Shown here piece by piece: positions 55,050-64,000 of a stretch of 64,000 bases of DNA. Location of the stretch: positions 1,488,001 through 1,552,000 of the forward strand of contig NC_088809.1 in assembly GCF_011386835.1 (NCBI RefSeq), written 5' to 3'. Both the position numbers and the translations under genes were made by a program. The number at the start of each line of letters is the position of its first letter. The stretch's first letter is position 1. The notes under the pieces are model-generated. The model saw only the letters and a program-made list of their open reading frames with translations. It had not been told where the DNA came from and ran no database searches. Source of the DNA: Chrysemys picta bellii. Taxonomy: Eukaryota.

Positions 55050-55950
55050 ACCCGGGACTCCTGGGCACCCGCCACGGGACTGGGGGGGATGCATCCGGCA
55101 AGAAGGAGGGCTCCCCAAGGGGCTCTTGCCGGGGGGGGGCACCCAACCCAGGAAGCCCGCCCGACCCCCCTGCCCTCACTCACCCGCACCAGCGGCGCCT
55201 TCGGGCTGCGGGGAGCTCGGGCGATGAGCTGCATTTCGGGGGAGGGGAAGGTAACCTGATCCCCGGAAATTCCAGGGGCTGCGCCGGCAGCAGCCGGCCG
55301 GGCTGCGCGTCCCGAGGCTGGGAGCGGGGCCGGGGAGAGAACCCGGGCAACGGGCACCGCGGGACAAAATGCCCCCCAGCCCCTGCAGAGATACCCCACC
55401 GGGCCAGCCCCCCTCTCACCCCGCCGCCCACCTCGGACCTGGGCCGCCCCCTCTCCTGCTCCCCTCCTGGGGCCCGGGCAGCCCCCTCACCGCGCCGCTC
55501 CCCGGGATGTCCCTTCTCCCCCGGGGCCCCGGGATGTCCCCTCTCCCCGCTGCCCCCCTCCTCGGGCCCGGGCAGCCCCCTCGCACCCGAGATGCCGCGG
55601 AGCTGGCTCTTCCCGCCCGGTCCCCACTTGCCGGTTTCTGGCTCTAGCTCGTGTTGGGCCGGGTCCCCTCCGTACCTTCCGCACGGGGGCTCTCCGGCTC
55701 CGGCGGGGCTGGGAGGCGGCTGGGCTCCTTCCCACGGCAGCTGCTCCTGGTTAATGACTCACAGGCTGAGGCTCCGGGGGGCGGGGGCAGGCAGAGCCCC
55801 CCGCAGAGCATCCGGCCCGGTTCTCCGGCGGGACATCCCGACCTCGCCCCTCCCGGGTGCCGGGGCACCAGTCCCGTCTGTTCGCCGGGACCCGGCGGGC
55901 TCCGGCTGTCAGGTCTGCAGAACAAGCGGCCGGAGCAGGGGCCGGGGGCG
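55050..55950 (-). promoter_or_regulatory. CpG island / RAB34 promoter with candidate 5' exons
   Basis: CpG-dense, with a GC box near 55778-55787 and TGACTCA at 55755-55761. Minus-strand donors: AAG|GTACGG (exon end 55676) and CGG|GTGAGT (exon end 55184). The acceptor of the ATG-containing exon is at 53356. Confidence 0.6.
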
Positions 55951-56151
55951 CCAGGCCAGCCACAGCTTGGCCCAGAGAGGAGCCCTGCCCCGCACAGCCC
56001 GGCTGCGATGGGAGAGGCTCCCAGGCTGGTGTGTGGCCGAGCCAATGCTGCTCTCTGGGGACAGCAGCCACCCAGGCCCCTGCTCAGGCCTCTGCTATTA
56101 GCCAGCGTGTTCAGGGATGCAGCCCCACACCCTGCCTGCTAGAAGTGCTGG

Positions 56152-56533
56152 ATCATAGAATATCAGGGTTGGAAGGGACCTCAGGAGGTATCTAGTCCAA
56201 CCCCCTGCTCAAAGCAGGACCAACCCCGACTAACTCATCCCAGACAGGGCTTTGTCAAGACTGACCTTCAAAACCCCTAAGGATGGAGATTCCACCACCT
56301 CCCTAGGTAACGCATTCCAGTGCTTCACCACCCTCCTAGTGAAATAGTGTTTCCTAATATCCAACCTAAACCTCCCCCACTGCAACTTGAAACCATTGCT
56401 CCTTGTTCTGTCATCTGCCGCCACTGAGAACAGCCGAGCTCCATCCTCTTTGGAACCCCCCGTCAGGTAGTTGAAGGCTGCTATCAAATCCCCCCTCATT
56501 CTTCTCTTCTGCAGACTAAACAAGCCCAGTTCC
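56152..56533 (-). mobile_element. CR1 LINE, 5'-truncated 3' end
   Basis: The minus-strand frame [23 protein letters not shown]...[48 protein letters not shown] is the CR1 ORF2 C-terminus. It ends at the CR1 3' motif (ATTCTATGAT on the minus strand). Confidence 0.93.
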
Positions 56534-56674
56534 CATGTTCTGTTCACTCCCTCTAAAGCAATGTCATCTTGTGTCTTCTTACATTTTAAAAATATTTGTA
56601 TTAACACATCTCATTATTATTAGATGTACTGAATTTCAATATGTGATTAGAAATGTCACTGCCCCATATTGACA

Positions 56675-56803
56675 GGTTTCAGAGTAACAGCCGTGTTAGT
56701 CTGTATCCGCAAAAAGAAGAACAGGAGTACTTGTGGCACCTTAGAGACTAACAAATTTATTAGAGCATAAGCTTTCGTGGACTACAGACCACTTCTTCGG
56801 ATA
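56675..56803 (-). mobile_element. Penelope-like element pLTR fragment with a hammerhead-like motif
   Basis: GTTTCAGAGTAACAGCCGTGTTAGTCTGTATCCGC...GGCACCTTAGAGACTAAC...GCATAAGCTTTCGTGG matches the turtle PLE terminal repeat as I recall it. The minus strand reads CCGAAGA-A-GTGG..CCAC-GAAA-GCTT. Confidence 0.7.
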
Positions 56804-56877
56804 CCATTAATTTGTAACCTGTTTTGGGACTCCTGGATGGAAGCTGCTTAATAAGATAAAAATCTTAAACTATTAAT

Positions 56878-58758
56878 TAGGTCTGTCAAGCGATTAAAAT
56901 TAATCGCACGATTAATCATGCTGTTAAACAATAATTGAATACCATTTATTTAAATATTTTGGATGTTTTCTACATTTTCAAATATATTTATGTCAATTAC
57001 AACACAGAATACAAAATGTACAGTGCTCATTTTATATTTATTTTTATTACATATATTTGCACTGTAAAAAACAAAAGAAATAGTATTTTTCAATTCACCT
57101 CATACAAGTACTGTAGTGCAATCTCTTTATCATGAAAGTTGAACTTAAAAATGTAGAATTATGTACAAAAAATAACTGCATTCAAAATAAAATAATGTAA
57201 AACTATAGAAACTACAAGTCCACTCAGTCCTACTTCTTGTTCAGCCAGTCGCTAAAGACAAACAAGTTTGTTTACATTTGCAGGAGATAATGCTGCCCGT
57301 TTCTTGTTTACAATGTCATCTGAAAGTGAGAACAGACGTTCACATGGCACTGTTGTAGCTGGTGTCGCAAGATATTTACGTGTCTGATGCGCTAAAGATT
57401 CATATGTCTCTTCATGCTTAAACCACCATTCAAGAGGACATGCATCCATGCTGATGACAGGTTCTGCTCGATAGCCATCCAAAGCAGAACGAACCGACGC
57501 ATGTTCATTTTCATGATCTGAGTCAGATGCCACCAGCAGAAGGTCGATTTTCGTTTTTTGGTAGTTCAGGTTCTGTCGTTTCCGCATCGGAGTGTTGCTC
57601 TTTTAAGACTTCTGAAAGCATGCTCCACACCTCGTCCCTCTCAGATTTTGGACGGCACTTCAGATTCTTCAATTTTTTAGAAATCTCACATTGGTACCTT
57701 CTTTGCGTTTTGTGAAAAAATCTGCAGTGAAAGTGTTCTCAGAATGAACATGTGCTGGGTCATCATCCAAGACTGCTATAATAGGAAATATAAACCAGAA
57801 TGTGGGTAAAACAGAGCAGGAGACATACAATTCTCCCCCAAGGAGTTCACTCACAAATTTAATGAACGCATTCTTTTTTTAACAAGCATCATCCCCATGG
57901 AAGCATGTCCTCTGGAATGGGGGCCAGGGCCAGCTCCAGGCACCAGCCCAGCAAGCAGGTGCTTGTGGCAGCCAATGGAGAGGGGTGGCACGTCCGGCTC
58001 TTCGGCAGCAATTCGGCGGCGGGTCCCTCGGTCCCTCTCAGAGCGAAGGACCCGCCGCCGAATTGCCGCCGAAGACTGAAGCGGCGGCGGTAGAACTGAT
58101 TGCGATCGCATCTTTTTTTGTTTTTTCTGCTTGAGGCGACAAAACCCCCAGAGACGGCCCTGATGGTGGCTGAAGCATGAAGGGGCATACGAATGTTTAG
58201 CATATCTGGCATGTAAATACCTTGCAACGCCGGCTACAAAAGTGCCATACGAACACCTGTTCTCACTTGCAGGTGACATTGTAACTAAGAAGCAGCCAGC
58301 ATTATCTCGTGTAAATGTAAACAAACTTGTTTGTCTTAACAATTGGCTGAACAAGAAGTAGGACTGAGTGGACTTGTAGGCTCTGAAGTTTCACATTGTT
58401 TTGTTTTTGAGTGCAGTTATGTAATAAAAAAAAATCTACATTTGTAAGTTACACTTTCACAATAAAGAAATTGCACTACGGTACTTGTATGAGGAGAATT
58501 GGAAAAGACTATTTATTTTGTTTTTTACAGTGCAAATATTTATAATAAAAATAAGATACAATGAGCACTGTACAGTTTGTGTTCTGTGTTGCAATAGAAA
58601 TCAATATATCTGAAAATGTAGAAAAACATCCACAATATTTAATAAATGTCAATGGGTATTCTCTTGTTTAACAGTGCAATTAATCACGATTACTTTTTTA
58701 ATCGCGATTATTTTTTGAGTTAATTGCGTGAGTTAACTGCGATTAATCGACAGCCCTA
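56878..58758. mobile_element. Non-autonomous hAT element (1881 bp) with long inverted arms carrying transposase C-terminal remnants
   Basis: Termini TAGGTCTGTCAAGCGATTAA and TTAATCGACAGCCCTA; perfect 8-bp TSD CTATTAAT at 56870-56877 and 58759-58766. The hAT dimerisation-domain motif CPLEWW...LATPATTVPCERLFS is on the minus strand at 57252-57587, with an inverted second copy on + at about 57898-58270. Confidence 0.9.
57925..58162. mobile_element. hAT MITE nested in the larger hAT element
   Basis: CAGGGCCAGCTCC ... GAGACGGCCCTG termini; TSD ATGGGGGC / ATGGTGGC (one mismatch). It splits the PLEW|W codons of the right-arm transposase remnant. Confidence 0.8.
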
Positions 58759-58907
58759 CTATTAATTAACAAAATTAATATTAATAAAACATTACAAACG
58801 CTGAGGTAATAAAAAAAACCACAACCCCCAATATGCACCGCCCGCAGGGACTTCTCTGCGCATGCTCTCGTGCCTACTCTCCTTCCGTCTCTCTGTCTGG
58901 AACGAGA

Positions 58908-59028
58908 ACTACCACTCCCGGCATGCCATGCGCGATCTCGCGTTGCTTGTGCCTACTCTCGTGAGAGTTGGCCCTATAAGCCCGTGTGAGGCGGCCGAGC
59001 AGGCCCTTTTCGCTTCCCTTTTCCCAAG

Positions 59029-59036
<8 letters not shown>
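58908..59036 (+). promoter_or_regulatory. RPL23A core promoter with 5'TOP tract
   Basis: ZNF143/SBS-like ACTACCACTCCCGGCATGC at 58908-58926, TATAA at 58975-58979, polypyrimidine CCTTTTCGCTTCCCTTTTCCC at about 59005-59025, and a YY1-like CAAGATGGCG overlapping the ATG. Confidence 0.75.
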
Positions 59037-62425
<3,389 letters not shown>

Positions 62426-62457
62426 AGTGCATCCACCAAGAGCCGGGCAGATGAGAT

Positions 62458-62463
62458 AATAAA
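62458..62463 (+). promoter_or_regulatory. RPL23A polyadenylation signal
   Basis: AATAAA 32 nt after the stop codon, typical of the short 3' UTRs of ribosomal protein genes. Confidence 0.8.
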
Positions 62464-63049
62464 CTTTTTGTAAAACCACTTGTGGGCTCTTGTCTTCTGT
62501 AACGGAGTGCTCTCTGGGAGACTTTTGGGGCACTTTGCACAATTTCAGTGGCTTGAAGCACACATAAAGACTGTATGGGGCAATAGCTCAGTTTCATGCA
62601 ACATTACGGAAGTGGAAGACTCTACATGCCATTTCCGAGGTGGGACTGTAAGGCTATCCCGAACACCTGCAGCACGGCAGGCTTCCCGGGAGCTAGTCTG
62701 CAGGAATTTGGTGGTGGTGAAGCACAGGAAGAGGTACAGGGACATCTCCACCCCAGCTCATTATTCTCCTTGCACAAGACGTAAATCTCGGTCTGTTCTG
62801 TTCAACACGCGGCTCTTGTCTTACCCCGGCTACTCTTGCAACACATTGCTGCTGCTTTCATTACATGGAGTTTAAATACCAATGGCTTCTGATGCTGCTG
62901 TTCCCACTTTATCCCTAGGCTCAGTCAGACCCTGTTCAAAGTGCTCTGTGCAGCGCGTTTCACAGAGAAAAGTTCGTCATGGATCAGGGCTACATCCTTT
63001 GGTGGGTTGGTTTCGTTTTTTTGCCTGCTGCTGCCGCCATTCTGTAACT

Positions 63050-63230
63050 CAGTGGTTCTCAAACTATTGTACTGACAACCCCTTTCACACAGCAAGCCTC
63101 TGAGTGCGACCCCCGCTTATACATTCAAAACACTGTTTTATATATTTTACACAATTATAAATGCTGGAGGCAAAGTGGGGTTTGGGGTGGCGGCCGACAG
63201 CTCGTGACTCCCCGTGTAATAACCTCATGC
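63050..63230. mobile_element. Truncated hAT-Charlie-like MITE
   Basis: Starts CAGTGGTTCTCAAACTATTGTACTG, a Charlie/MER5-type terminus. The right end was not recognised. Confidence 0.45.
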
Positions 63231-64000
63231 TGGGTGTAGCTACTTCACTGATTTCAAATGAGATGTTTAGAGAAGTTCTCATGTTCAGTTCATCTGGTTG
63301 ATCACAAGTGCCTTCACCCTGTCTGGCTTAGCCAGATACCAGCTTCTCTTCTGTCAGACACACATGTGTTTTTAGTGGTAAAAATAAAGTCAACTGAAGG
63401 ATGTTCCTGGGAGATTCCAGCTGCTCATGTACTGTGGGGGTGGGAGCCATGAGGGGAACCAAGTTTATTCAGTGCTTAGGGAGGTGTTACTGCACAGGGG
63501 CCATTGCATACAAACCAGAGCCAAGGGTGAGAGGAGGGCTGTCTTCTGACAGTGGCTGAAGGCCAGATTCTTGTAAATAGGGGGCAAATAGATGTTGCCC
63601 TCGCAGGATCTCCTGGGGGAAGATGTCTGTCTTGAGGGATAGGCAATAGGATCTTAAAACCTTTCCTTAGTTTTAACACTGCTGTAATTAGCCTCTGTTT
63701 ACAATCTAGTCATATGGTCATCGCTATAGTATGTGAGCATCTCACAGTCTAACCATGCTTATCTTGTCACATGCCTATAAGAGTAGTAACTTAACCCCAC
63801 CTTTGAGCCAGGTGCAGGACCAGAACTCAGAGACTGGTGGCTCCTGGATGTGATGCCTTCATCTTACAACCACCCTTCCTCATTCCTACTCACAGCCTGA
63901 GTTGGCTCTTTCCAACTACTCCGTTATAGATTCACTAACACTACAATGCCCCTTTGATTACCAGCCCTTTAAAAATAAGGTTCATTTGGTTTTGTCTGGC

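Noticed and set aside
62500-64000. Expected TLCD1 3' end (synteny) and a minus-strand AATAAA at 63464-63469
   Set aside because: No TLCD1 coding sequence is recognisable in the window; a lone hexamer is not enough evidence.

Overview
Eukaryotic (amniote) genomic DNA, GC-rich and intron-containing. It is most likely a turtle, an inference from the transposon families present (Harbinger/hAT MITEs, Penelope pLTR, CR1, Gypsy-type solo LTRs). The window is syntenic with the SUPT6H-PROCA1-RAB34-RPL23A block (human 17q11.2). Splice-consistent gene models were built by hand: the last 25 coding exons of SUPT6H (+); a 4-exon PROCA1 orthologue (-) with a signal peptide, a furin site and an intact group III sPLA2 active site; a 5-exon, 205-aa APRT-like type I phosphoribosyltransferase (+) with a non-canonical PRPP loop (DQWIETGG), between PROCA1 and RAB34 where I know of no human gene; RAB34 (-, 10 coding exons); and RPL23A (+, 5 exons) hosting SNORD4 and SNORD42. 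The main leads are: (1) the APRT-like gene and candidate upstream exons that would add an in-frame, putatively myristoylated N-terminus, downstream of a TATA box that abuts a 47-bp VNTR full of Smad (CAGA/GTCT) boxes; (2) a catalytically intact PROCA1; (3) an open alternative frame over RAB34 exons in the same phase as human NARR; (4) a hammerhead-like motif and a perfect 66-bp palindrome from Penelope-like elements; (5) a foldback hAT element with a nested MITE. Most long ORFs in the supplied track are translations of GC-rich introns or minisatellites and are not genes. All family assignments are from recognition and recall, not database searches.
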